From assembly GCA_951406725.2 (NCBI GenBank), contig OX597823.1, positions 114,948,001 to 115,012,000 on the forward strand: DNA of 64,000 nucleotides. Direction: 5' to 3'. The DNA is from Octopus vulgaris. Its lineage: Eukaryota. Of the stretch, positions 20,011 to 32,873 are shown in pieces. A program made the position numbers and the translations under genes. The stretch's first letter is position 1; each line of letters starts with the position of its first letter. A model generated the notes under the pieces. That model had not been told where the DNA came from. It ran no database searches and saw nothing but the letters and a program-made list of their open reading frames with translations.

Positions 20011-20734
20011 TCCTCCCATACAAAAATGGTAATTTACCCATATTCATCATCGCCAAACTAACATCTTTGGTTTTTCACTGATATACTGGATAAAACTGGG
20101 CCCGTAAAACTCTCAGTTCACCCCTTCAGTGCACTGATTTGCTTGCGGGTATTTCTTGCTGCCGAGACGATCTTCACATGCACACATCAAACCAAACACA
20201 CACATACCGTACTCACAGACCAAATATTCTACCAAACAAAAATGCTGCCATACAGTTTGCTGTTACAGCAAGTTTTAGCCCTCACAGGGCTTTGCATGAT
20301 ATGAAAACTTATCTAAGATACAGGTATACACAACAGTCCTGATTCTTACTACACCACAATCCTAAAAATACTACCTCTCCAACTCAGTATAGAGAAATAT
20401 AAGAAAACTATGTCTATAGAAATACTTACATCATCACTGGCTGGGAAACAATTCATCAAAATGTAAACTTTGAGAAATAGTAACTGTTGTGTTCCACGGA
20501 AGATCACCTTGCTCGCCTGTAATTATGGGAACTCCCAGAATTTAAGAGTACAGTAATAGTTTGTCATTGAAGGGAGAGCAACATGCCCAGTACGTCCGAT
20601 GCAGCCCACACGATTCATCACCGTGTACAGTATGGTCCTCGGCTGGACATACACACAGTCTAAATCAATTATGGACCAACTGGGCCTGCGGGATTTTCTG
20701 AATATCTCACTTAGGGAAAACTTAACTATAAATT

Positions 20735-20940
20735 TTAGTAGTGCGGTCGGCCTGATGATGAGCAATGCCTTACGCGGCCCGCTTCTAGAAAAAGGTTGTC
20801 CGTGTCTAGACTAACTGAAAAGATGATCCTGTAGGCCATGGTTTGTCGTTCGGCCTTCTTTAAATCTTAGTAGTGCTGCCGGCCCGATGACGAGCCGAGT
20901 CTCATATGGCCCGCTTCTCGAAAAAGGTTCCCGCGTCGTT
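20735..20940. mobile_element. Two direct copies of a hAT-MITE-like terminus
   Basis: tagtagtgc..cggcc.gatga.gagc...ggcccgcttct.gaaaaaggtt at ~20737 and ~20868. Confidence 0.45.
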
Positions 20941-21245
20941 CGGTTATCTACCTGCTACCAGCATACCATATGATTGCTGGATCAGGTCTGAACAGGGTCA
21001 ATACAAAAGCAACTCGTTGTGTCTCAAGACTACAGGCTCCAAGTTGAGCAGAGCGTTACATAACAGCAACAACAACAGCCAAAGTCTCATAGAACGCAAC
21101 TTTTACCACCATCCACCATATGGTTATATATCTAATGGTTGCTGAGTCAGGCTGCCCAGCAGCCATGCAACAACGCCTAGTTGTCTCTCATGGGACTGCT
21201 CGATCAGAGTTAAACTACTGGGAAGCTACATACTTCAACCTCAAA

Positions 21246-21481
21246 AGGCGGCGAGCTGGGAGAAGCGTTAGCACGCCGGGCGAAATGCGTAGCTGTATTT
21301 TGTCTGTCGTTACATTATGAGTTCAAATTCCGCCGAGGTTGACTTTGCCTTTCATCCTTTCGGGGTCGATTAAATAAGTACCAGTTACGCACTGGGGGTT
21401 GATATAATCGACTTAATTCCTTTGTCTGTCTTTGTTTGTCCTCTCTGTGTTTAACCCCTTGTGGGTAGTAAAGAAATAGGT
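21246..21481 (+). mobile_element. SINE family A, full length with 15-bp TSD
   Basis: tRNA-like head with B box GAGTTCAAATTCC, central gactttgcctttcatcctttcggggtcgat domain, TSD atacttcaacctcaa at 21230-21244 and 21482-21496. Confidence 0.93.
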
Positions 21482-21854
21482 ATACTTCAACCTCAACACC
21501 ACCACCACCTCAACTACAACTGTTATTGCTCACCCTGGCACAATCAACATTACCTCCAGTAGCAAGATCACAAACTCTGTCCTCACCTGCATCCCCGACA
21601 TCATCATCCCCAGTACCTCACAGCCACCTCCTTATCACCATTATCATCGCCAACAAAGTAATACACAACCGTCACACAACCGTCATCACTATATGTGTGT
21701 GTGTGTGGCGGAAGGAGGAGTGTGTGTGTGTGTGTGTGGCGGAAGGAGGAGTGTGTGTGTGCTTGTATATATTTTTGTGAGTGAGTGTATTTGCGTGTAT
21801 GAGTGTGAGTGTGTGCTTGTGCGTGTGTATTCGAGTGAGCGTATTTGCGTGTAT

Positions 21855-21892
<38 letters not shown>

Positions 21893-22009
21893 CTGTATAT
21901 GTTCTCGAATGGCGACAGAACAAAGCAAGTGTGACAATGAACTTGTTGCTACTTCATTTCCTTTACATATTGTTGTCTTGGCAACACAGGTGATGACGAA
22001 TGACATCAT

Positions 22010-22081
<72 letters not shown>

Positions 22082-22178
22082 TGTGTCTAACCGAACACAA
22101 GCTCAGACACTCACGCTTATGAACATTTGCATGCAAGTATGTATGTATGTATCTATCTATCTATGCATGTATATTTAC

Positions 22179-22223
<45 letters not shown>

Positions 22224-22230
22224 TGTATAT

Positions 22231-22294
<64 letters not shown>

Positions 22295-22390
22295 GCTAAA
22301 ATGTAGTAACTAAAGAATGAGACCTCGATATTTGATAAATAGACGATTATTTATATATGTTATAATTTAGAGCAAACAGTAAAAGCTTGT

Positions 22391-22458
22391 CATTATAGTA
22401 CTCGGAGTTTCAAACAACGGAGCGAAGAGCTACGATACATTCTCGTCGGCTATTAATT
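22391..22458 (-). ncRNA. Degenerate hammerhead motif (U4>C) in a PLE-like remnant
   Basis: Minus strand: attaatag-CCGACGA-...-GAAAC-tc-c-ga-GTA-ctataatg; flanking sequence related to 35440-35625. Confidence 0.55.
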
Positions 22459-22481
22459 CCGAGTACTAGAGTACTATATGT

Positions 22482-22592
<111 letters not shown>

Positions 22593-22631
22593 TCTAAGTC
22601 TCTCTAAAGGAGATTACGGCAGCGGTACTGG

Positions 22632-23043
22632 ATATTGATAGTTATCGCCAAACTAATATGGCAGTCCATAAATATAGAACGAAAGCTGCCGTTGATTAGC
22701 TCCAAGAGGCCATCGCCTCTAGCTAGCTATGTGACACACGAATCTGTGTCCACTAACCTGTGTCCACTAAATTTAGGTAAATAATCCTTCGAACAGACGG
22801 TCAGTAGCGACGCCTGCTGGGTTCGGCTATTCTGCATTGATAAAGGGCAAATATCCTGAAACTAGTCTGCAGATGCCTGACCAGCAAGGGGAGCGGCTGA
22901 CCTCCCCTGTTCGAAGGTTATAATGGACATAGGTTTGTATGTCACATAACTAGCTAGAGGCGATAACCACTTGGAGCTATTCTACGGCAGCTTTCGTCCT
23001 ATATTTATGGACTGCCATATTAGCTTGCCGATAACTATTAATA
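22632..23043. mobile_element. ~410-bp foldback (MITE-like) element with ~200-bp inverted arms
   Basis: Arm pairs include atagttatcg..aatatggcagtccataaatatag..cgaaagctgccg / cggcagctttcg..ctatatttatggactgccatatt..cgataactat, ccttcgaacag/ctgttcgaagg, ggtcag/ctgacc and tgctgg/ccagca; ends in (AT)n. Confidence 0.9.
22831..22873 (+). ncRNA. Type-I hammerhead ribozyme, U3-A8 core variant, at the apex of the foldback
   Basis: tctgca-TTGATAA-agg[gcaaatat]cct-GAAAC-ta-GTC-tgcaga: perfect 6-bp stem I, 3-bp stem II, palindromic ACTAGT stem III, GUC triplet. Confidence 0.72.
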
Positions 23044-23256
23044 TATATATATATGTAATTCTGTAGTGGGTATATAATATGTGGAAATTGACGATTTAAA
23101 AGTCTGTTATCAGCATATTGGCATGGAAATAATTTTCTTTTTGCCCTTGTTTATAAGTTGTTTATAATTTTAGCCTTTAAAGGTATTTTAATATGCTGCC
23201 AATTTTTTGATGAAATTTTTTCTGTAAAATAACTTCATCCTATATTAGTAGTAGTA

Positions 23257-23318
<62 letters not shown>

Positions 23319-23324
23319 TTACAT

Positions 23325-23357
<33 letters not shown>

Positions 23358-23371
23358 TATACATACATATA

Positions 23372-23402
<31 letters not shown>

Positions 23403-23854
23403 TCACACATATTCATACAGATATGTGTATATATATATGTATATGCAGATGTCTGTGTCGCCTGTCGATTTCGTCATATGACCGTTCAGTCGACTGATGA
23501 GGTAAGCGACCTCTTCATAGAACTAGCCTCCGACATGCATGAGTATTCCGCAGACACATCTACCAATTAACGTAATTTGCATGCCGAATCAGCGTCACAC
23601 ACTGTGACAAGGTATGATGCTGGGGTCTTTGAATTATAGGCGCAGTCTCACTGACGAGATTCTACACAGTTTCCGACTACCAAACCTCGCTCGTTTGGCT
23701 TGGAACAACATATGTTTATGGTAATGGTACTTACTCAACATGCTTATATGTACAACATGATACTCAGTAGTATCGAACGCAGGACCTTGCAGTGGTGAAC
23801 TAAACTTCTTAAACTTACTGTCATGCATGCGTCTAGTCATACGTATTTGTGTGT

Positions 23855-23896
<42 letters not shown>

Positions 23897-23904
23897 TATG
23901 TATG

Positions 23905-24204
23905 AGCGACTGTGTGGTAAGAAGCTTGTTTCGAAATCACATAGTCCCGGGTTCAGTCTCACTGCGTGACACCTTGGGCAATTGTCTTCTACTATAGCCA
24001 CGGGCCGACCAAAGCTTGTGAGTGGATGTATATAAAATTAACAGAACGAGATAAAAATCCAATGCTGTGAAAGATTTCAGAACAATTATAAAGCCAAGAT
24101 CTTATTGCTGTTTCCGGGATATTATATATATTCCTTCATCGGAAACGGTGAGAAAATGGTTAAGCAATAGTTATTCTAGAGAAGAGTGAAATAGAGTATA
24201 TATA

Positions 24205-24237
<33 letters not shown>

Positions 24238-24512
24238 GTATATGTGTGTATGTGTGTGTGTATGTATGTATGTATGTATGTATGTATGTATGTGTTTCGT
24301 GTCTGTGTTTGTCTGCCCACCATTGCTTGACAACCGATGTTGGTGTCCGTATGTCCCCGTAACTTAGCGGTTCGGCATATGAGACCGTTAGAATAAGTTC
24401 TAGCCTTACAAAGAATAAGTCCTCAGAGTCGATTTCTTCGACTAAAAAACCCTTTAAGTCAGTGTTCCAACATGGCCGCAGTCAAATGACTGAAACAATT
24501 AAAAGAACAAAA
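23905..24512 (+). mobile_element. SINE family B interrupted by a PLE-like fragment (~24030-24196)
   Basis: Head 23905-24028, tail 24295-24512. The insert carries a decayed minus-strand hammerhead (CCGATGA..atcccgGAAACagc, 24099-24147). Confidence 0.8.
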
Positions 24513-24555
24513 GAATATATATATATAAGTGTGTGTGTGTGTGTGTGTCTGTGTG

Positions 24556-24610
<55 letters not shown>

Positions 24611-24773
24611 CTTTACCAGGAGGTGACTGTCTCATTGTCACACGGTTGTTCTTTTACTCTCCAATTTTTTCTGTTCGATTCGTAAAAGACTTTTCATTCT
24701 ATTTTCCGGAAGCGTAAACTTATTACGCTTTGTTCACTCTTTTATCTCATCTTTGTGTTCTTTACTTTTGCTT

Positions 24774-24903
<130 letters not shown>

Positions 24904-25179
24904 TCATAATCGTAATCGTAGTATATCTGTTCTCTTATGCGTCGTTGATGATAGGTAAAGGTGTGGTAGTACGCTCATAGATTGTGTGCAGGGCACGTGA
25001 ACGGAGATTGCATTCGGTAAAATGGATCAAACTGATAGAAAACATAGGAGCGCCATATATATGAGTGCATGTGCTTTTATGAATGCGTGTGCCTGTATGT
25101 GTATACCTGATCATGTATGTATGTACATATATATATAGTTATTGATATATGTTCATGTAGATGTAGATATTGATATATT

Positions 25180-25328
<149 letters not shown>

Positions 25329-26285
25329 GTGAGTGCATATACTTTATGCATGTATATGTAAGTAATTATTTATGAATGTACGTGCGTATGCATAATAACT
25401 TGTTTTTATGACTACATTAGGTCTGAGTATATAATACTGTAAGTGACTAACTGTTTATTCGCTAGTCTTTTCATGTCTTGCCATATCGGAACTATACTTC
25501 TATTGAAATTTATATACAGTATTACACACATGCATGCACGCATACACACACACACACGCAAACATACACACACACACACACACAAACACAGATGTACATG
25601 CACACATAGACATGTATGTATGTATGTATATATATATATAGTCAAAATAAGCAACAGTATATCAAAAGGTGATGCAGTACGACCGTTTCAAGCGGCTCCA
25701 TTTAACTGAAGAATGCAATCATTACATCAAAGATAAAATTTAAGATTATTAAAAATGTTATTATAACCAGAATAGATAAAATGTATATATATACCAATTT
25801 TCAATATTAGAAAGGAAAGATTACTTAATTACTCTTTAAGTGGTTTCTGTAAAGACTGCCCTAGGTATTTACTTATGGAATAATGGGGAGATAAATCATG
25901 CTATCTATATATTAATTATAAGCTAAGAATCTGAGAAAAAGAATCGGAAAAAGAAAAATAATAAAATAAGTTGTGCACAGATACATACTTATATTTAACT
26001 ATGTGCACCCATGCAAATATACACAAATATTTGTACTTATGGGTATTTTATAATCAACTCTCATAGACTTAAGTAACTAGAAAGTTTGGGACTCTATTTA
26101 AGAATATTAACAACTTATAGGGAATAAGAGGTTAATAGGTAAAGGTATAGCTTGTAATTAATATATAGATAGTATGTTTTATCAGCCCAGTGTTTCATAA
26201 GTAAATACCCAGAAAATTGGTATATATACACATTTTATGTATTCTGGTTATAATATCATTTTTAATAACCTTAAATTTTATCTTT

Positions 26286-26451
26286 AGGCGCAGGAGTGGC
26301 TGTGTGGTAAGTAGCTTGCTAACCAACCACATGGTTCCGGGTTCAGTCCCACTGCGTGGCACCTTGGGCAAGTGTCTTCTACTATAGCCTCGGGCCGACC
26401 AATGCCTTGTGAGTGGATTTGGTAGATGGAAACTGAAAGAAACCCGTCGTA

Positions 26452-26515
<64 letters not shown>

Positions 26516-26734
26516 TGTGTGTGTTTGTGTGTCTGCGTTTGTCCCCCTAGCATTGCTTGACAACCGATGCTGGTGTGTTTATGTCCCCGTTACTTAGCGG
26601 TTCGGCAAAAAGAGACCGATAGAATAAGTACTGGACTTACAAAAGAATAAGTCCCGGGGTCGAGTTGCTCGATTAAAAGCAGTGCTCCAGAATGGCCGCA
26701 GTCATATGACTGAAACAAGTAAAAGAGTAAAGAG
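26286..26734 (+). mobile_element. SINE family B, full length
   Basis: A box TGGCTGTGTGGT, B box GGTTCAGTCCC, ccttgggcaagt, internal (TA)n(TG)n, tail agtaaaagagtaaagag. Confidence 0.93.
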
Positions 26735-27224
26735 TTTATACAACATAACAATATTGTTTATATACAATCACCCATAGTATCCCATGATAATTTTCTCTGT
26801 ATTAATAACATATGTTTTATTAGCGTCTTGCCCCTTTAACTGGTAATTAAGATCTTGGTTTGGGGTCTCCCCCCACCCAGCCTCCTTTATAGACAGTTAC
26901 TTTATACTAATACTAAAATCCCGACAATATTTATGACCATACCCAGCTATAAACTGTCAACTCACTCCTGCTCTCCATTCTAAACGGACACAGTCCTTTT
27001 GTCTTAGATTTGGTAGTTGATAATAAGACTAATAAATTAAAAATTAACCACAATCCTTTACAAGCTATGACCCCAACAAACTCCATACAGATCTTAGAAG
27101 TGTAGTATATTCTTAGCTACATTAGTGGCAACATGGACTCTTTCCTTATTCTTGCTCTATTAGAGCATTTGAGTAAAATTATATTAATGTGTCCAACTGA
27201 TGAAAAAATTATATTTATTTATTT

Positions 27225-27312
27225 ATACAGCTGAGGATAGCCCTGCATTTAAACTGATGTAATGATTGCATTGTTCAATTAAATGGACTTGCTTGAAACG
27301 GTCGTACTGCAT
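27225..27312 (+). ncRNA. Hammerhead ribozyme motif (PLE-type)
   Basis: atacag-CTGAGGA-tagc...gctt-GAAAC-ggtc-GTA-ctgcat; stem I 5/6 paired, near-palindromic stem III. Confidence 0.65.
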
Positions 27313-27427
27313 CACCTCTTGATATCCTGTTGCTTATTTTGATCTTATTCAACTTATTTTTGAGTTGTATGGATAATACCATACTGATCTAGTACTTCAG
27401 TGTAAGTACGTAATTCAACTGAATCTC

Positions 27428-27655
<228 letters not shown>

Positions 27656-27822
27656 GTATCGCAATACATGGATTCCCAGAATCATGTGGTTTTCACAGAA
27701 ACCTCTTTCACTGGTCCCAGCTATCATACCACATAGTTATCTGATACGGATGAGTGTAATGCAGAGTTCGATACAGCTGAAATTCAAATCCAATCGTTGA
27801 AACAACTTCATGAGAAGTATGT

Positions 27823-28318
27823 AAACCATAAAAAAATCAAGGGATATGAGATATGAACGCATTTATTTAGCCACTTTTTATCTTTAGTTTCGTAGCTCAA
27901 CACGTAATAACGATTACAGTGTATGATCAATTATTTTACATGTCTGTACTAATATGCTTGATATATATTGTACAATACAATTGAACATTTTCAAATCAAT
28001 GCAGATAAAGCAAACTAGCTCATCACATCACGAGCGTATCATGGCTAAGCCAATACTTCAAGCATCGGTTGAACCATGAGGTTCTGGTAAAGTGATCAGC
28101 TAGCTTTCTTTATCTGCATTGATTTGTATATACAGTTGTGTTATATAGTCGTATTGTATAATGTGTTGCATGCCTATTTGGACAGATATGTAAAATGATT
28201 TACTATTCACTGAAATTAATATTACATGATGAAAGTTGCGAAGTGGCCATAAGCGTGAGGATAACAAGTGATTAAATAAATATATTCGTCTCTCATATCT
28301 CCTGACGTTTTATGGTTT
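27823..28318. repeat. Diverged ~500-bp foldback element
   Basis: aaaccataaaa/ttttatggttt, gatatgaga/tctcatatc, caaatcaatgcagataaag/ctttatctgcattgatttg and ctagct.atcac/gtgat.agctag, with a ~65-bp loop. Confidence 0.7.
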
Positions 28319-28348
28319 ATGTGTGTGCGTGTGTGTCAGAGAGAGATG

Positions 28349-28384
<36 letters not shown>

Positions 28385-29049
28385 GAGAGGTCGAGAAAAA
28401 GAGGGGACGATACGGGGACAGACAAAACAAACGTTGGGATCAGGCTATCGAATGAGACGAAACGTATGAATAAACAAAGAATGAAAATATATACAATTAA
28501 ATGAGAATGAGTAATTAACAAAAAATGAAGCGGAGGACGCGGTCGACCCCAGATACGGTTGTGTGTGTCTGTGCTTATTTTTATCTGTTAAGTTAAGAGC
28601 GAAAGCAGTGTCCGTAACTTGTTCCAGTTGAAAGGCATCCTCAAGCCAGAAGCCTGGTTCAAATCCATGCAATAGAGAGGGATCCACTAAACGCATGTAA
28701 GGTGTCTAATGGTGGCTTTTCACCGAGCGACTAAGTATACAGCTAAAGTAGGCCCAGGCGGAATTTGAACTCAGCACAATTGCATTCGGTCTAACATCCC
28801 TACCAATTCACCAGTCCATTTCTTGGAATTGCTACAAATTTATCGACCCCAGATGAGGTTAACTTCGTTGTATTTTAAACTCAGGAGGCTGAGATTCAGA
28901 ACAAATGCATGAAGCTTTCGGTCCAACATTCTATGTATGTCAATTCACCCCTGTGCCCTTGTGACTCATAATGGCACAAGACATGTTTTACATGGAGCTA
29001 TAACTCACCTTAATTCTGCCCTTTTTTTAAATGTGCATGGAGCGGAAAT

Positions 29050-29830
29050 ACATTACAACGCCCTTCTTTTGTTTTACAACAAAATTATATAATACATTCT
29101 ATCATATGATATTTCTAAGTATTTTTAGGATGGTTGTTAGATGTTACTGGTGAGCATTTTATTTCCCTGTTTGTATTAGTAACGGGAAAGTATTTCTCTG
29201 TAGTCCTCTGTTCATGGTACTTTCGTCGAAGGCGAGCTTGCAGAAACGTTAGCACGCCGGGCGAAATGCTTAGCGGTATTTCTCCTGCCGCTACGTTCTC
29301 AGTTCAAATACCACCGAGGTCGACTTTGCCTTTCATCCTTTCGGGGTCGATTAAATAAGTACCAGTTACGCACTGGGGTTGATATAATCAATTAAACCGT
29401 TTGTCTATCCTTGTTTGTCCCCTCTGTGTTTAGCCCCTTGTGGGTAGTAAAGAAATAGGTACTTTCGTCGAAGGATAACACATTCAGCCTATTGTTGATG
29501 GTTATTGACCTATGTTTGATGACGGTGAGGGGTTGGATTGGATGTAAATCTTCAATGGGTCCTGGTAGGTTTCTTGAAAAAAATATCATATAGTTTGTAG
29601 CTCGGTTTCATCCCAACATCCAGAACGTTTACCATGGTGAATTTCGCTAAGTCAGTTAACTTTTCGGGGAATATTGTTCTTTTTTAAGTACTTCAAAGAC
29701 CTGCTGAAGACGAACATTTGAAGAATGAGTAACGTCGTTCCTTCAGTAGTTATTAGAAGTCATTGCCACCCGCTGTTCACTAAAGCCGCTTCCTTATTGT
29801 TTGAGGAGTGAAGATGTAGAGGAGAATATA
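29050..29830 (-). pseudogene. Decayed Penelope-like RT C-terminal/thumb region, interrupted by a SINE
   Basis: Minus frames give NFTMVNVLDV..DPLKIYIQSNP and VIKHRSITINNRLNVLSFDEST, resembling the PLE motifs FLDV..PLYI..SNHPP..I..RL..LS. Confidence 0.6.
29230..29460 (+). mobile_element. SINE family A with TSD
   Basis: ggtactttcgtcgaagg duplicated at 29216 and 29458. Confidence 0.92.
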
Positions 29831-29839
29831 TTCAATATC

Positions 29840-30071
29840 TATTTCTTTACTACCCACAAGGGGCTAAACACAGAAAGGACAAAGAAGGACGGACAAACGG
29901 ATTAAGTCGATTATATCGACTCCAGTGCATAACTGGTATTTATTTAATCGACCCCGAAAGGATGAAAGGCAAAGTCGGCCTCGGCGGAATTTGAACTCAG
30001 AACGTAGCGGCAGACGAAATACCGCTAAGCATTTCGCCCGGCGTGCTAACGTTTCTGCCAGCTCGCCACCT
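29840..30071 (-). mobile_element. SINE family A, full length
   Basis: Reverse complement of 21246-21481. Confidence 0.92.
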
Positions 30072-30222
30072 TCAAATAAATTCAATACCACCAACACTAA
30101 TGTCACTAATACTAATATAAAATCGCTACTAATGTCACGACCACCATTATTTCCACAACTACCATCACCATTGTCATCACCACCACTACCATTGTCACCA
30201 CAATCACCACCAACAACAACCG

Positions 30223-30412
30223 TGGAGGAGCAATGGCCCAGTGGTTAGGGAAGCGGCCTCGCGGTCGTAAGAACGCAGTTTCGATTCCCAGACCGGGCGT
30301 TGTGAGTGTTTATTGAGCAGAAATACCTAAGCTCCACGAGGCTCCGTCGGGGAGGGGTGGTGAACCCTGCTGTACTCTTTCACCACAACTTTCTCTCACT
30401 CTTTCTTCCTAC
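30223..30412 (+). mobile_element. tRNA-derived SINE family D (single partial copy)
   Basis: A box TGGCCCAGTGGTTAG and B box GTTTCGATTCCC, followed by a non-tRNA body. Confidence 0.65.
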
Positions 30413-30700
30413 TTCTGCCACAAAGCAAAGGAACCATGGTGTAACCCACTATGGTGTGGTAAACTTTCAGACCCTAGTCTAGATTGCGAATCCTCTGTAT
30501 CTTAGGATGGTTCAGCTCTCCACCCATTAAAAAGCCACCGTTTATGGAATGAAGATAACAACGTAGCTTTCGCGCCTGTGCAACCGCCAGTTTATCGCGT
30601 TTGGTGGGTGGATGTTCAAGTTGCCACACACATTCTCAGTAGCTTAGATTAGGCTCAAATTAGAGATTAATCTTTGTGGCTCATGGCGTGAGTCCTTATT

Positions 30701-30973
30701 GGAAGAAGAAGAAGAAGAAGAAGAAGAAGAAGAAGAAGAAGAAAGAAGAAAAGAAGAAGGAGGAGGAGGAGGAGGAGGAGGAGGAGGAGGAGAAGGAGGA
30801 GACGAAGAAGAAGAAGAAGAAGAAGAAGAAGAAGAAGAAGAAGAAGAAAGAAGAAGAAGAAGAAGAAGAAGAAGAAGAAGAAGAAGAAGAAGAAGAAGAA
30901 GAAGAAGAAGAAGAAGAAGAAGAAGAAGAAGAAGAAGAAGAAGAAGAAGAAGAAGAAGGAGAAGACGAAGAAG
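30701..30973. repeat. (GAA)n/(GAG)n polypurine tract
   Basis: Direct reading. Confidence 0.97.
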
Positions 30974-32640
30974 ACAACAACCTCACTGACAGCATCGTAC
31001 ATACAGAATTACGATGTTAGAATCATTTAGTAGCTGTACTATATACTGTAAGATGTGTGGGTGCAAAAGCTAATCGTATTTAACAAAATAAATAGCTGAG
31101 GTTAATTGCACGGATGTATCATCTCTAAATTAAACAATAGTCAAATTAATATTAGTATATTTAATGAAGTGAACATTAAAATTCAAATTAAATATTGAAC
31201 ATGCGGTGGGGAAAAGACAGTATTACTTCAGTTTAATACATACTGAAGATCTGGTGAAACTTCCCGTAATGGATGCTGATTTATCAAAAGAAGTTGGTTG
31301 TATGATGCACATTGATGTGTCTAACCACACACATTGTTACTGAATGAACCTCACCACATCACAAGGATGTGTGTGTCATTCAGGTTAGTGAAACTGTCAT
31401 CATAGTGGCCAACAACAACAGATTTCACTAATTTTATTCACTATTTGTGCAGTTAACAAAAAGAAATCGAAAGTCTAATCTAATAATTCTTTTTCTTGAA
31501 ACAAATTCGGAGTAAGGAATGGTGTGAACAGGGGTTGTTTTGTCGGTTTCTGCTGGAAGAATTCGGAGCAATGGTAATAACGTGCAAAAAGAAAAATGGT
31601 GAACAATAAACCAATATTTTGAAACGAATGTGCAGCAGATAAAATGAGCTGCAAGTGATTGATGAAAGAAAAGTTGCTTTCTTTCCGTCTCGTCTAAGCA
31701 AATATTTATTAACAGACCCAGGATTGTATGAATTTCTCAGTAGTCGGTATTTGACGAGAGATTCGCCATCTTTGCAAACTTGTCGGCTTGTTTACTTTCG
31801 CTGTTAAACAGGCAGGGTTACGCTATGATAATAATAAAAATAACGATTCTAAAAATAGTCATTATTATTAACATCGCTGTTGTTGATGTTATTACGAGTT
31901 TCCCATTCAACTTTTCTTTCTACTTTTTAAAAAAAATTTCTATTATTGATTTATGTCTTGTCTCCTTTGTGTTTGTTTTGGATTTGGTTTCCCTGAATTT
32001 TCTTTCTCGTTTTCGTTTATTTTCTCCTATTTTGAGATTCATTTTATTCTTTCCTTTCCCATCCATAACTCGCTAGGATTGTTTTCACTTCAGCCGATGA
32101 CAACTTTGATATTTCCAACTAAATGCCAATGTTTGCCGCTTCCAATTATGTCAACTGCCACTTCCATCGTTCCATTGACATCCTTTCTCTTTACATATCT
32201 GTTAACAATGCAAAGTTTCGCCAACAAAGTCAGTAGCTTCATAGAAACCTAAGCTGACCAATGAAAGACGATCAATATAAACGACAATGACGATGACGAC
32301 GACGACTTCATATAAACTGTAATAACATTTCCTACATTAGTCATACATAACTTAAACAGGAGTTCCAGGAATGCTACCGTCAAGGGAAACGACGCTGGAT
32401 AAAATGTGCAACTTCAGAAGGAGACTCCTTCGAAGGAGTTTGATTGCCGAATTTATATATATTGTGGTATTCTTTATATAAAATCATTTCCGATACTTTT
32501 TGATCAGACTACGTATATACATATATACATGTATGTGTATGTATGTATGTATGTATGTATGTATGTATGTATGTATGTATGTATGTATGTATGTATGTAT
32601 GTATGTATGTATGTATGTATTTATATATAAAAACTTAGAT

Positions 32641-32675
<35 letters not shown>

Positions 32676-32841
32676 GGGGGGGGGAGAATTGGATGAAAAT
32701 GGCTATGACCGGTTTATAGGGTTACCCTGTGTTTCACGTCCTAGGGTTACTCCATAGAATAACGATAGCCATCTCTATCTAATTACTTCATTGCTCTTTA
32801 ACTTAGAATCTTCTTCTCTTTCAGAATTTTTGATTTACTGA

Positions 32842-32871
<30 letters not shown>

Positions 32872-32873
<2 letters not shown>

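Noticed and set aside
23464-23525. CTGATGAG hairpin as a hammerhead
   Set aside because: No GAAA follows the stem, and there is no stem III or cleavage triplet.
30223-30300. tRNA gene (also the heads at 26286, 40515, 41250 and 61190)
   Set aside because: A/B boxes are present but there is no complete cloverleaf, and each continues into a SINE body.
30667-31020. Poly-K/E ORF
   Set aside because: Pure (GAA)n/(GAG)n tract with no coding context.
31238-31275. CTGAAGA..GAAAC..GTA hammerhead candidate
   Set aside because: Neither stem II nor stem I can form.
32090-32250. ~50-codon minus-strand frame after a possible splice acceptor (MKLLTLLAKLCIVNRY..)
   Set aside because: No recognisable homology or partner exons; within chance expectation.
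32700-32775. Decayed hammerhead (aaaccggtc, minus strand)
   Set aside because: The core is not recoverable; at most a PLE remnant.
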